Shown here piece after piece: positions 1 through 13,050 of a DNA stretch of 64,000 bases; the stretch's first letter is position 1, and every line of letters begins with the position of its first letter. The stretch comes from Mobula hypostoma. Its lineage: Eukaryota. The translations under genes were made by a program, and so were the position numbers. The notes beneath the pieces are model-generated. The model did not search any database. It saw only the letters and a list, made by a program, of their open reading frames with translations, and was not told the DNA's origin. The stretch covers positions 101,620,001 through 101,684,000 of the forward strand of contig NC_086108.1 in NCBI RefSeq assembly GCF_963921235.1, written 5' to 3'.

Positions 1-505
1 ACCTGGAATATTAATCACTCATTCCTGCCCTTTTTCAACCAAGTTTCAGCAATGACCACAAAATTGTAGTTCCATGTACTGTAATTGACAAACCCGATAT
101 TCATTTTCTTGTGGGAATAAGCAACAAGTCTATAGAATAGTAACAATAACAGAATCAATGAATGACTGCCAGACTAATGCTTTCACCCAGAAAACAACAA
201 TGGGTGCAAATGCAAAGAGAAGACAATAATATAAATAAATAAACAATAAACATTGCGACCATCAGATGAAGAGTCCTTTCATAATGAGTTCATTGGTTGT
301 GGGAATAGTTCAATGAAATGGCAAGTAAAGTTGAGTCAAGTCATCACTTTTGTTCATGATCCTGATGGCTGAGCGGTATTCCTACATCTCGTTGTGTGAG
401 TCCTGAGGCTTCTGTACCTTCCTCCTGATGGCTGCAGTGAGATGAGAACGTGTCTTGGGTGGTAGAGGTCTCTGATAATGGATGCTGCTTTTCTGTAAGA
501 ATGTT

Positions 506-2125
506 TCATAGAACATAGAAAATAGAACATAGAATAGTACAGCACAGTACAAGCCCTTTGGCCCACAATGTTGTGCTGAACCTTAAACCCTGCCTCACAT
601 ATAACCCCCCCAACTTAAATTCCTCCATATACCTGTCTAGTAGTCTCTTAAATTTCACTAGTGTATCTGCCTCCACCACTGACGCAGGCAGTGCATTCCA
701 CGCACCAACCACTCTCTGAGTAAAAAACCTTCCTCTAATATCCCCCTTGAACTTCCCACCACTTACCTTAAAGCCATGTCCTCTTGTATTGAGCAGTGGT
801 GCCCTGGGGAAGAGACGCTGGCTGTCCACTCTATCTATTCCTCTTAATATCTTGTATACCTCTATCATGTCTCCTCTCATCCTCCTCTCCAAAGAGTAAA
901 GCCCTAGCTCCCTTAATCTCTGATTATAACGCATACTCTGTAAACCAGGCAGCATCCTGTTAATCTCCTCTGTATCCTTTCCAATGCTTCCATATTCTTC
1001 CTCTAGTGAGGCGACCAGAACTGGACACAGTACTCCAAAAGTGGCCTAACCAGAGTTTTATAGAGCTGCATCATTTCCTCGCAACTCTTAAACTCTATCC
1101 CTATTTCTAACACCCCATAAACTTTCTTAACTACCCAAGTTACCTGTGAGACAACTTTCAGGGATATGTGGACATGTACCCCGAGATCCCTGTGCTCCTC
1201 CACCCTACCAAGTATCCTGCCATTTACTTTGTACTTTGCCTTGGAGTTTGTCCTTCCAAAGTGTACCACCTCACACTTCTCCGGGTTGAACTCCATCTGC
1301 CACTTCTCAGCCCACTTCTGCATCCTATCAATGTCTCTCTGCAATCTTCGACAATCCTCTACACTATTCACAACACACCAGCCTTTGTGTCGTCTGGAAA
1401 CTTGCCAACCCACCCTTCTACCCCAACATCCAGGTCGTTAATAAAAATCACAAAAAGTAGAGTTCCCAGAACAGATCCTTGTGGGACACCACTAGTCACA
1501 ATCCTCCAATCCGAATGTACTCCCTCCATCACGACCCTCTGTCTTCTGCAGGCAAGCCAATTCTGAATCCACCTGACCAAAGTTCTCTGGATCCCATGCC
1601 TTCTGACTTTCTGAATAAGCCTACCGTGTGGAACCTTGTCAATTGCCTTAATAAATCCATATAGATCACATCCGCTGCACTACCCTCATCTTCATGCCTG
1701 GTCATCTCCTAAAAGAACTCTATCAGGCTTGTTAGACACGATCTGCCCTTCACAAAGCCATGCTGACTGTCCCTGATCAGACCATGTTTCTCTAAATGCC
1801 TATAGATCCTACTTTTAAGAGTCTTTTCCAACAGCTTTCCCACCACAGACGTAAGGCTCACTGGTCTATAATTACCCGGACTATCCCTACTACCTTTTTT
1901 GAACAAGGGGACAACATTCGCCTCCCTCTAATCCTCCGCTACCATTCCCATGGACAACAAGGACTTAAAGATCCTAACCAGAGGCTCAACAATCCCTTCC
2001 CTTGCCTCGTGGAGCAGCCTGGGGAATATTTGGTCAGGCCCCGGGGACTTATTCATCCTAATGTATTTTAACAACTACAACACCTCCTCTCCCTTAATAT
2101 CAACATGCTCCAGAACATCAACCTC
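506..2125 (-). mobile_element. CR1 LINE, 5'-truncated (RT to 3' tail)
   Basis: Minus-strand ORF pieces [67 protein letters not shown]; (CATAGAA)-like tail near 506-535. Confidence 0.9.
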
Positions 2126-2539
2126 AGATTTCCTGTAGCTTTGAAGCTGCGTCCATCATCAGGGACTCTGGACCATGCAGCAGGTGCTCTCTATCACATG
2201 GTTCAATGTTTATATACACCGCACAATAGAATTTCTAAAATTACAATCTGGATCTCAAAGTTAGCACATCGGACATAGAACTGTTCTATGATTTAAAAAT
2301 TTACTTTGACTTATTTGTCACATGTACATTGAAACATTGAAAAAACTACAGTGAAACACATTGTTTGTATCAAATCAAATCAGCCAGATTGTGCTGGGGG
2401 CAGCCCACAAGTATCGCCACACTTCCGATGCCAACATAGCATGCCCACAAATCACTGACCTTAACTGTATGTTTTTGGAATATGCAATCGCGAGGAAAAC
2501 CTTACAAACTCCTTACAGACAGCAGTAGGAATTGAATCA

Positions 2540-5500
2540 CAATCATTGTTTGATAAGTATGCAGATGACATAGATGGTGTTGCAGACAGTGAAGATGGTG
2601 ATCAAAAATCACATGGGATCTTGATCATCTTGGTAAGCGGACCAAGGAATGGCCAATGGATTTAAATCCAGATAAATATGAGGTATTGCATTTTGGCAGA
2701 TCAAATCAGGATAGGACTTGTACAATAAATAGACAGGGAGTATTGAGTGGCTTAGAGCAGCACAGTACAGTTCATTCAGCCCACAATGTTGTGCTTTTTA
2801 ACCTATTCTAAGATCAATCTAACCCTTCCCTCACACGTAGCCCTCCATTTTATTTCATACATGTAGCTATCCATGACCTCGGAGTTTAAGTACATAATTT
2901 GTTGAAATTGGTGTCACAAGTAAATAGAATGGTGAAGAAGGCATTTGGCATGTTAGCTTTCATCAGTCATGGCACAGAGTATAGGAGCTGGGATGTTATT
3001 TTGTAGTTGTACAAGATGCTGGAGTGGCCACACTTCGGAAATTGTGTGTAGCTTTGTTTGCCTGTTATGGGAAAGGTGGTGTTAAGTTTGTAAGAGTGCA
3101 AGGAGGATTAACAAGGATGTTGCTGGGATTGGGAAGGCTAAGTCTTTATTCACTGGGGCATTGGGGAGTAAGGAGGTTCTGACAGTGTATAAAATCTCGA
3201 GGGACAAGGACAGGATGAAGGCACAGAGTCTTCTTTTCCCCTGGGAAAGGAAATAAAATGTTTGAGAGCAAAGCTTTAAGGTCAGAGAAGAAAGACTTTT
3301 AAGTGTCTAAGAGCCAACTTCGAAGGGTGGTGCATATACACCAGAGAAATTAGTTGAGGTAGGTACAATAAGAACATTTAAAAGGTTAATGGATAGGAAG
3401 AGTTGCAAGGGATATGGGTCAAATGTGGCCAAATGCTTTGGTGGGCACTTTGGATAGCATGGAAATGTTGGGCTGAAGGGCCTGATTCTGTGCTAGATTG
3501 CTCTATGATTCTATGTCATTCTCCATCCCAACAATGCATTGAAATTGGGCCATCAGACTATGTTGCCAGAGGAAGGCATTTGAATCATGCCACATGCAGC
3601 TTGCCTTCTGGAACCATGAGCATTCACAGAAATAAAAATGCTTAGGGTTCCTTGTTCCATCTACCACTTTGTTGCCGATTCCCAGAATCTGTCTAAGTTC
3701 TGCTGCAGACATCCTGCTTCCTCACCACTACCTTTCCCTTCACTTATCTTCGCATCATCTGCAAACTTGGCCACAAAGCTATTATTTCTACTCTGGGCCT
3801 TCTGCCAGTCAGCCAATCTTCTATCCAAACTAGTACTTTTCATGAAATACCATGGGGTCTTATCTCGTTATGCAGCCTCATGTGTGGCATCTTGTCAAAG
3901 GCCTTCTGAAAATCCAAACAAACAACATCAACGGACTCCTTTGTCTATCCTGCTTGTTAATTCCTCAAAGAATTCCAACAGATTCATCAGGCATGATTTC
4001 CCCTTTGGAGAACTATGCTGACTTTGGCCTATTATATCATGTGCTTCCAAGTACGCCAAAACCTCATTCTTAATAATAGACTCCAACATCTTTTCAACGA
4101 CCAAAGTCAGGTTAGCTGTCCTATAATATGCTTTCTTCTGCCTCTCTACCTAGAGTGGAATGACATTGCAAAATTCCAGGCCCCTGGAACCATTCCAGAA
4201 CCTGTAGATTCTTGAGAGATCATTATTAATGCCTCAACAATCTCTTCAGGTACCCTTTTCAGAACCTTCAATGTAGTCCATTTGGTCCAGGTGATTTATC
4301 TACCTTCAGACTTTTCAGCACTTTCTCCTTAGTATAGCAACAATACTCACTTCTGGCCCCTGACACTCCCGCATTTCTGATCTTTCTTCCACAAAAAGGA
4401 CTGAGGCAAAATTCTTATTCATTTCATCCATGATTTCTTTTTCTCCCATGACTACCTCTCCAGTCATTTTCCAATGGCCTGATATTCACTGTCATCTCTC
4501 TTTTACTCTTTATATATCCGAAAAAATTATTTTTGTATCTATCCACTTTTATATTATTGGCTAGCTTACCTTCATGATTCATCTTTTCTCTCCTTATTGC
4601 TTTTAAATGACAATTCATTTCACTGTATGTTATGATCTACATGTGAAAAATAAAGCTAATATTCCGGTCTGATTCTATCACAGTTCATTCCACTATGTGG
4701 AAAAATAATTCCCTCATCACTTTTGATTCTTTGGTCAAATAAAATTCTGTCAATGTACATGGCTGGAATTTTAGGGGCCCTAACAACAAGTGAAGTACTG
4801 GAGGGTTGGAGGATACTTTGTTCTTTAAGAAAAGCTCTAAAAATAAGTCAGAAAATTATGGGCTGTAGTGGGAAAGTTATTGGAAGGCATTCTAAGGGAT
4901 CAGATATATAAGTATTTGAATGGGTGGGCACTGATTAGGGATAGTCAACATGGCTTTAAGTATGATCAATCATGTCTAAGACATCTCACAGAGTTTTTTG
5001 AGGGAGTTCCATGAATATTAATGAAGACAAGGCAGTAGATGTTGTCTACATGGATTTTAGCAAGATCTTTGACAAGGTCCTGCATGAGAGGTTACTCAGG
5101 AAATTTCAGCTGCTTGGCATTCAGCTGCTTGCTAGTAAACTGGATTAGATATTGGCTTTGTGCACAATAATTTTGCCGGGACTTGAGGTCCTGAGCTATA
5201 GGGAACGGTTGAACACGTTAGGACTTTATTCCCTAAAACATAGAACAATCAAAGGAGATTTGATAGAGGTATACAAAATGATGAGGGGTAGAGATAGGGT
5301 AAATTCAAGCAGGCCTTTTCCACTTCTATTGAATGAGACTACAACTACAGGTCATGGGTTAAGGGTGAAAGGAAAAATACTGAAGAGAAACATGAGGAGG
5401 AACTTCTTCACAGAGAATCATGAGAGTGTGGAATGAGCTCCCAGTGCAAGTGGTGGATGTGGTTGAATTTCAAATTTTAAGAGAAATTTGGGTAAGTACA

Positions 5501-5620
5501 TGGATGGGAGGGGTATGTTCAGAGTGCAGTTCGATGGGAGTAGGCAGGTTAATAGATCAGCACAGACCAGGTAAACTGAAGGGCCTGTTTTTCTGTTAAA
5601 CTTTTCGATGACTTTATAAC
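2540..5620. mobile_element. Cluster of old degenerate CR1 fragments in both orientations
   Basis: ORF pieces KFADDAKI (3661-3843, -) and LGLYSL..GDLIEVYKMMRG (5152-5436, +); boundaries approximate. Confidence 0.7.
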
Positions 5621-5924
5621 TCAAAGTCTTTTCATCTGTTCTTGTTTCCTTCAGGGCTAAATCCCTGCACAATATCTCCTCACAGCTTATCCATTGCAAG
5701 AAAGACCTACCTTCTCTATTCCATCTACAGTACATAATGTTCCTTAGGTTCTCACATTTAAACCTGAGAAAAGTCACAAAACAAGTTGAATTTGTTACTC
5801 ACAGAAGTGTTTTGCTTAGGTTAATTCCATGATGACCTATTCTTGTAGCTCTGTGTCTGATGCAATTGCTTGTTATGTTAAGATTTGCTGATGTTGAAAG
5901 ACAAACACAAATTAGAATGCTGAA

Positions 5925-5960
5925 CCAATATCATACACTTTTTGTGCTGAAGGTATAATA
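5925..5960 (+). promoter_or_regulatory. Possible core promoter of the CLCA gene (CCAAT and TATA-like)
   Basis: CCAAT at 5925-5929 and TATAATA at 5954-5960, about 70 nt upstream of the first ATG, in non-repetitive sequence; motif-only evidence. Confidence 0.3.
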
Positions 5961-6024
5961 TTTCATTCATTTTTTTCTGAAACGCTGGCAAAGGTGTCTT
6001 TGTTAAGCATAGGAAACAAGTGGA

Positions 6025-6201
6025 ATGGAGAGAAACTTCAGTACAATGATTGTTCTGCGAAAAAACTTTGCCATGGTATTCAGCTATCTCCTAAGTATTT
6101 ATGTTGAGAGGAGCTGTGGAATACATGTGGTGGATAAAGACATTGTGATTGCAATTAAACCAAGTATCCCATATGATGAGAAGCTTCCTGAAAAAATCCA
6201 G
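6025..6201 (+). CDS. CLCA: CLCA exon 1 (signal-peptide region and N-terminus)
   Basis: MERNF...MVFSYLLSIYVERSCGIHVVDKDIVIAIKPSIPYDEKLPEKIQ, then donor gtaaga; phase 0. Start codon uncertain (further in-frame ATGs downstream). Confidence 0.85.
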
Positions 6202-6374
6202 GTAAGATCTAAAGTGAATTCATACCTGTTGCTTTATGACAATGATGTGTTGCATTACCTTGAAATTAGGATTTGATGACAGGAGGAAGAGTTAAAGAAT
6301 ATATGTCTATAATTGGTCTGGTATCATAATTAAAATACAATGAGACATTGATTTTAAACTTGTGTTTCCTTGAG

Positions 6375-6518
6375 GCAATGATGATTGAAGCCTCCTCTTT
6401 CCTGCATCGAGCTACCGAACAGAAGCTCTATTTTTCAGATATTAAAATTCTTTTGCCTAAAACCTGGCCAGTTAAATCCAGCTTGGTTCAAAGACCAACT
6501 AATCAATTGTATGAGAAG
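6375..6518 (+). CDS. CLCA: CLCA exon 2
   Basis: tttccttgag|AMMIEASSFLHRATEQKLYFSDIKILLPKTWPVKSSLVQRPTNQLYEK|gtaaga; 144 nt, phase 0-0. Confidence 0.88.
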
Positions 6519-7868
6519 GTAAGAACAAAGAAATCAGGGAGTGATAGTAAATAGTTGAATATCAGATTGAATAATGGTAGAGAGCTAGTATCTAGTTGCC
6601 TAGGGTTCAATACTGAAATGGATGTGTTGGATAACATTTATAAATTTATGGATGAAGGTGTGGCAAAGTGTGAGAGGGTGATAATGTACACTGATGTAGA
6701 TGGAGCTGCTGAATAGGCAGCAAGTTACAGGTGAAGTGAAAGACTGAAGTATATACAATATAACACCAATAATTTGCCATTCAATCCTTCAGAAATCCTG
6801 ATGGTTTAGCATCTGCTAACTGCTGAAGTTTCACAACCCACCTCTGAAACTCACCAATGCCCCATTTCTGTTCTCCCTTCAACTCAACCGGACACTAGTT
6901 CCTACACACCTTTGGATATACTAAAATCCTTTCTCCTGTGCTCTCTTTATCCTCCCTGGTGCCCCATTTCCAAAGCCCCCTTTCACTGTACTGAAAACCA
7001 GTTTCTGCTCTTTCCCTTTCAACTTACCCAGTCCTGGTTTCTGCCCTCCTCCTCAACTCACCAGGACTCTGATGTGATCTCTTTGAACTCAATAGCACCT
7101 CATTTCCCACTCTCCCGTTAAGTTCACAGAGTTCCCTTTTCCTGTGGTCCTTTTACACTAATTGTGGTCTGGTCCCTGCTCCAGATTCAGATCCAGAATT
7201 AGATTAATTTATTTATCATTGTACATTGAAACAGACAGTATAATGTATTAACAATGAACACAATCCAAGGGTATGCTGGGGGCAGCCCTCAAGTGTCGTC
7301 CCATACTCTGGCACCAATGTAGCCTGCCCACAATGCTTGGCAAAACACCATGGACCACCATAGGCAACAAGACAACACCACAACAAGCCTCCTTCTTCTC
7401 TCCCTTCCATCCACATACATGGACAGTTCTCCAGACTCCAGACTTTGGCCACCAGTCTTTGACTTCTGGTTTCCTGATCCACATTCAGGCTTCAGTTTTC
7501 GGCATTGATCCATTGATCCCCACCTAAGCTAGTGATAGGACCCCAAGCCCAGGCCTCGCATCACTGGGTCTCCTGTCTCTACTCTTTAGGTTTTAGCCAT
7601 TGGGCTTCAACTTCTGGTTTTCAGATTGACCTTTAGGCTTCAATTTCCAGTATCAATTTTCAATTTCCTCTCTCAATTTCTAATTTTCAGTACCCACACA
7701 AGTAAATGAAGGTTCTTGCAGTCCAGGATCTCTGACTCACCAACCCTTGAATGGCAGAGTAGACTCAAGGGGCTAAATGGCCAAATTTTGCTCTTCAAGA
7801 TTCAATATCGTTTATTGTAATTCTTCAGTACATGAGTGTAAAGGAGAACAAAATGATTCTTATTTCAG

Positions 7869-7909
7869 ATTTGATGAAGCATATTTGATGAAGCATATTT
7901 GATGAAGCA
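7869..7909. repeat. 14-bp tandem triplication
   Basis: ATTTGATGAAGCAT x3. Confidence 0.8.
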
Positions 7910-8236
7910 CAATACACATAAAATAGAATAAATATAATTGTAAAAGCAATCCTGTAAAGCACAAAGTAAAAGTAATGGTCATGGGAGGTGGTTTGAAGCA
8001 TGCTGAGGGGCTGTGGAAAGAAGTGACTGCTGTGTGTGTAGTGATGGTTGAGGGTGGCAGAGTGGGTTAATTAATGGGTAGAGGTGTTGATCAGCCTGAC
8101 AGCTTGGGGGAAGTAACTGATTTTATATCAAATTTCTTTGAATGTTTAGGGTTACAAATCATGGAGTACCCTTTTTGACAAAACATACTCTGTGGTGAAT
8201 AATTATGCTGCCAGAGTCAATGATATCAAAATGAGA

Positions 8237-8382
8237 ACAACAGGAATTCTGCAGATGCTGTAAATTTAAGCAACACACATCAAAGTTGTCCTGACGAAGG
8301 GTCTCGGCCTGAAACGTCGACTGCACCTCTTCCTAGAGATGCTGCCTGGCCTGCTGTGTTCACCAGCAACTTTGATGTGTGT
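8237..8382. mobile_element. Short Penelope-like (PLE) terminal-repeat insert with 16-bp TSD
   Basis: TSD TGATATCAAAATGAGA at 8221-8236 and 8383-8398; internal inverted repeat CAACACACATCAAAGTTG / CAACTTTGATGTGTGTTG; same repeat family recurs near 8780, 10100, 21570, 23700, 24230 and 58200. Confidence 0.75.
8288..8321 (+). ncRNA. Minimal type I hammerhead ribozyme motif
   Basis: gtc-CTGACGA-AGG-gtctcgg-CCT-GAAAC-GTC-gac: both core boxes, short stem II, GUC cleavage triplet, palindromic ACGT in place of stem III, gtc/gac stem I. Confidence 0.65.
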
Positions 8383-9229
8383 TGATATCAAAATGAGATA
8401 AGTTTTGTTTCATAACACATTGTTTTAGTCTTTGCACTGTACTCCGGAAACAAGGCTGGTAGTAATTTGGTGATTTAATTGTCCATTCAGTTTGTTCCTG
8501 TTCACAGTTACAGAGTGTGGCATGTAAAAATTCATTGCCAATGAATCATAGAGTTATACACACAGAAATGGGCCCTCAATCTTGTCCAGGTTCCCCATCA
8601 ACGACCTATTTATAGCAATCTCATCTATTGACACTAGGTCCGTGGCAATCCAAATGTTCATCAGATATATTTCAAATATTACCTACACCTCCCTGTAATC
8701 CACACCTATCCCTCTTCCAACCTGCTTGTGACATGGCCTCTTACACCAGTGAAAATAAGATTCAAGTTTTGACACACAAAATGCTAGAGGAATTCAGCTG
8801 GCCTGACAGCATCTGGAAAAGAGTAAACAATGGACATTTTGAGACCCTTCTTCAGGACTGAGAAGGATGGGGGAAGGTGCCAGAATAAAAAGGTGGATTG
8901 GGGGCAGAGGCGCTTATCCCTGTAACCGGCCAAAGTGCTACAGCTGACAATTCACCTCCTGACATTGCTGTCTGTCCACTCTGTCTGTGCCTCTCATAAT
9001 CCTATGCACCAGTATCAAATCAGCTCTCATTATCTTTTGCTTCAAAGAGAAAAGCCCTAGCTCGCTCAGCCTATCCTCATAAGACATGCTCTCTGATCCA
9101 GACAGCACCTGGGTAAATCTCCTCTGCACCATCACTAAAGTTTCCACATCCTTCCTATAATGAGGGGACCAGAAATGAATGCAATACTCCAAGGGCGGTT
9201 AAACCAGACTTTTATAGAGCAAAAAAAAA

Positions 9230-10370
9230 ACGCTTCGTCAAACACCAGAAGCAGAATTTCCCAGCAGCTAAACATTTTAACTCCAATTCCTATTCCTGTT
9301 CCAAATTGTTGTTCCATGGCCTCCTCTTGTGCCACGATGAGGCCATCCTCAGGATCGAGAGGCAACACCTTATATTCCGTCTGGTTAGCCTCCAACCTGA
9401 TGGCACGATCATCAATTTCTCATTCCGGTAGAAAATTTCCCTCCCCCTCCCTCTATTCCCCACTCTAGCTTCTTACCTCTTCTCACCTGTCTATCATTTC
9501 TCCTGGGTCCCCTCCTCCTTCCCTTTTTACTGTGTTCCTCTCTCGTTTCCTATCAGATTCCTTTCTCTCCAGCCCTTTACCTTTCCAACCCCCCTGGCTT
9601 CTAGCTATCCGCCTTCCTCTATCCCTGCCTTTTTATTCTGGCTCAGAATGTTGGACAATATCTAATAATGTGAGGAAGTGAATTGTAGCAGCAGAGATGT
9701 GGTTTTTGAGGAGAATGCAAAGAATATCATGGACAAAACGACTATCTAACAAGGATGTCATGAACAGAGCAAACACAAAAAGAAATAACGTATAAGATCA
9801 TGAAAAGGCAACGTAACTTCATTGGACATGTGATTAGCAAAGAGGAATTAGAATGCATGGTAATTATGGGAAAGATTGAAGGGAAGAAAGCAAGAGGAAG
9901 AAAAAGACGAATGACGATGGAGACAGCAGCCAGAGAACTAGAAATGAATACCAGTGAATTGATCTACTTGACCCGAAACAGGAGTGTGTGGGCCATGGCA
10001 GTCAAAGCTTAAACTGGGCACGGCACCTGATGATGATGATGATGATCTTACCCCTTCCTTTCCAGTCCCGAAGAAAGGTTTTGGCATGAAACATTCATTT
10101 CCACAGACGTTGTCTGACCTACTGAACTCCTTCAGCATTTTGTGGATGTTTTGGTGCTGGGGTGCATTAATAGGTGGAGGTGTTCATCAGCCTGTCTGCA
10201 GAGACCAGGCGACCATTTTGCAGAACACCTGTACTCTGTCCGCAGTGGCTACCACAAGTTTCCAGCTGCATGTCACTTTATCTTTCCTTTCCACTCTAAC
10301 ACTGATCTGTCTGTCATCAGCCTCCTCCATTACTACAGAGAGGCCAAATATAAATGAGAAGACAGCTTAA
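9230..10370 (+). mobile_element. Penelope-like element fragments (GIY-YIG endonuclease C-terminus and 3' repeat), interrupted by an RTE fragment
   Basis: Degenerate HFNS...HGLLLCHDEA.LRIERQHLIFRL.SLQPDG and GDHFAEHLYSVR; pyrimidine-rich 3' region. Confidence 0.7.
9642..10046 (+). mobile_element. RTE-clade LINE 3' fragment
   Basis: ECWTI...AAEMWFLRRMQRISWT...FIGHV...GKIEGKKARGR; (TGA)n tail. Confidence 0.75.
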
Positions 10371-10441
10371 AGCCATAGACTTACGCAGCACAGAAGTAGG
10401 CTTGTCGCCCAACTCATCCCTGCTGACCAAGATCCTTTGAA

Positions 10442-13050
10442 TCTTTGACCATCCAACAAAGGTTGGTGGTATTGTGGATGGTGTAGAAGGTTGTTGTAGC
10501 TTACAACAGGATATTGATAGCAATCAAAGCTTGAGTCAGAAGTGGCAGATGGAGTTCAATTCAGAAAAATGTTAAGTGATGCATTTTGGAAGGTCAAACT
10601 TGAAAGCATAATACAGGATTACAGCTAATAGCAGGATTATGAGCAGTGGGGAGGGACAGAATGATCTTAGGATCCACGTCCATAAATCTCTCAACATTCC
10701 TGCACAAGTTGAGAGAATGGTTAAGACAGTATCTGATGCATTGGCCTTCATTATGTTTGTTTGTTTGTTTGTTTGTTTGTTGAGATACAGTACGGAATAG
10801 GCCCTTCAAGCCATGCTGCCCAACAACCCCTGATTTAACCCCAGCCTAATCATGGGACAATTTACAATGACCAATTAACTTACCAACCAGTACATCTTTG
10901 GACTGAGGGAGGAAGGACACACAGTCAATAGCTTTCAACAGGTATATTTAATGTCAGAGAAATGTATACAATGTACATCCTAAAATTATTTTTCTTCTCA
11001 AACATCCATGAAAACAGAGGACTGCCCAAAAGAATGAATGACAGCTAGAACCCCAAAGCCCTCCCACCAGACCCCCTCCCACAAAGAAGCAGCAGCAAAG
11101 CTACGATCCCCTCCTCCCCCACTGGCAAGAAAGCATCGGTGCTGTCCACTGAGCACTCAAGCTTGCAAAGCATCAATAAAGCTACAGGCTTGCAGTACCC
11201 CAAAGACTACTCATTCACTCGGTATTTGAAACACCACAGGCTCTCTCTCTCTCTCTCTCTCCCTAATAAGGGAAAAAGAGATGTCCCCATTTCACAGTGA
11301 GAGGGGTGATATTAGATTATCAGAACACTCAGTCCTCTTTTATTGTCATTTAGAAATGCATACATACACCGGAGTGATATCACAGAAAACAGGACAAACC
11401 AAAGACTAACACTGACAGAACCACATAATTATAACATATAGTTGCAGCAGTGCAAAACAATACCATAATTTGATGAAGAACAAACCATGGGCATGGTAAA
11501 AGTAGTCTCAAAGTCCCAAGTCGATCAACCCCGAGTCCCCAATAGCAGGCGGCAAAAGGGAGAAACTCCCTGCCATAAACCTCCAGGCACCGTCAACTTG
11601 CTGATGCCTTGGAAGCAGCCAACCACAGCCGACACTGAGTCCGTCTGTCCAAAAACTTCGAGCCTCCGACCAGCCGCTCTGATACAGCCTCCCGAGCGCC
11701 ATCCTCTGCTGAGTGCCTTCGACCTCGCCCCGGCCACTGAAACACACAAAGCCGAGGATTTCGGGGCCTTCTGCTCCGGAGATTCCGGTTACCACACAGT
11801 AGCAGCGGCAGCGAAGCGGGCATTTCAGAAATTTTCCAGATGTTCCTCCGTACTCTCACGTCTGTCTCTATCAAATCAGAATTGTGCACGGTCCCCTACT
11901 TGACCGATAACAGATATTCATCACCGGAGAGGCCGCGCGTGCTGCCGTCGCGCCGCCATCTTCTCCTCCTCCTATATAATAAGCAACTCGCTGATTTATG
12001 GTGCTAAAAGTCTATTATGTTGCTTTTTCTGAGTCCTGTGCCCAACACCGGTCTCTGGGTACATAGCCAGCAGCAAGACCGCTCCTTCCAATCTTCTGTG
12101 TTCTCCCACGATGCATCAGTTGTCAGCGGAACCAGCCTTGAATCAGCCCATCTCCAGAGCCATGAAAATCCAGCACCCCAAAGGCATTCTATTTTTCCCA
12201 GCCACGTCCTTGGCATACTGAAAATCGGCCAGTCATGAGCCCCTGAGAGCGGATCCCATTCCCGCAAAGAACCAAAGTCAGCATGTAACTGCAGGTCAGG
12301 GTCTTCAAAAGAACCTTGAAAGGAAAAAAAAGAGATATCAAAGATAGAAATAGAGCTTTTTCCAAAGATGCAAGCAAAGGAGTCACCGTTTAGCACCATC
12401 ATTACTAAGCTCTGCCCTTCTCACAGGGAGAATATACAAACTCCTTATAAGCAGCAGTGGGATTAGGACCCAAGTCACTGGTACTATAAAGTGTTGTGCT
12501 AACTACTATGCTACTGTGCCACCTCGGTCAGGGAACTGAGTTTAAGAGCTGTGAAGTAATGTTGCAGCTCCATAAAAGTCTGGTTCGACCACCCTTGGAG
12601 TATTGAATTCATTTCTGGTCCCCTCATTAGAGGAAGGATGTGGAAACTTTAGTGATGGTGCAGAGGAGATTTACCCAGGTGCTGTCTGGATCAGAGAGCA
12701 TGTCTTATGACGATAGGTTGAGCGAGCTAGGGCTTTTCTCTTTGAAGCAAAAGATAGTGAGAAGTGATTTGATCCTGGTGCATAAAATTATGAGAGGCAT
12801 AGACAGAGTGGACAGACAGCAACTTTTTCCAAGGGCAATAATGGTTAATATGAGGCAACAGAATTATAAGTTGATTGGAGGAGTGTGTAGTGGGAAGAGG
12901 TAAGTTTTTACACAGAGCGTTATAGATGTGTGGAACACATTGACAGCGGTGTTGGTAGAGGCTGATACAGTGGTGACATTAAAGAGATTCTCAGATAGAC
13001 ACATGGATAATAAAAAATGGAGGGCTATGTGGGTAGGAATAGCTAAATGA
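10442..13050 (+). mobile_element. CR1 fragment hosting a nested SINE and two non-autonomous elements
   Basis: CR1 RT sequence breaks at about 10752 and resumes at about 12526. A minus-strand V-SINE-like SINE is split at about 10925/12420 by inner elements at about 10925-12415 and 11311-11973. Confidence 0.7.

Noticed and set aside
11487..12402. Several overlapping 70-140 aa ORFs in GC-rich DNA
   Set aside because: Inside nested non-autonomous repeats; no recognisable motifs or splice structure
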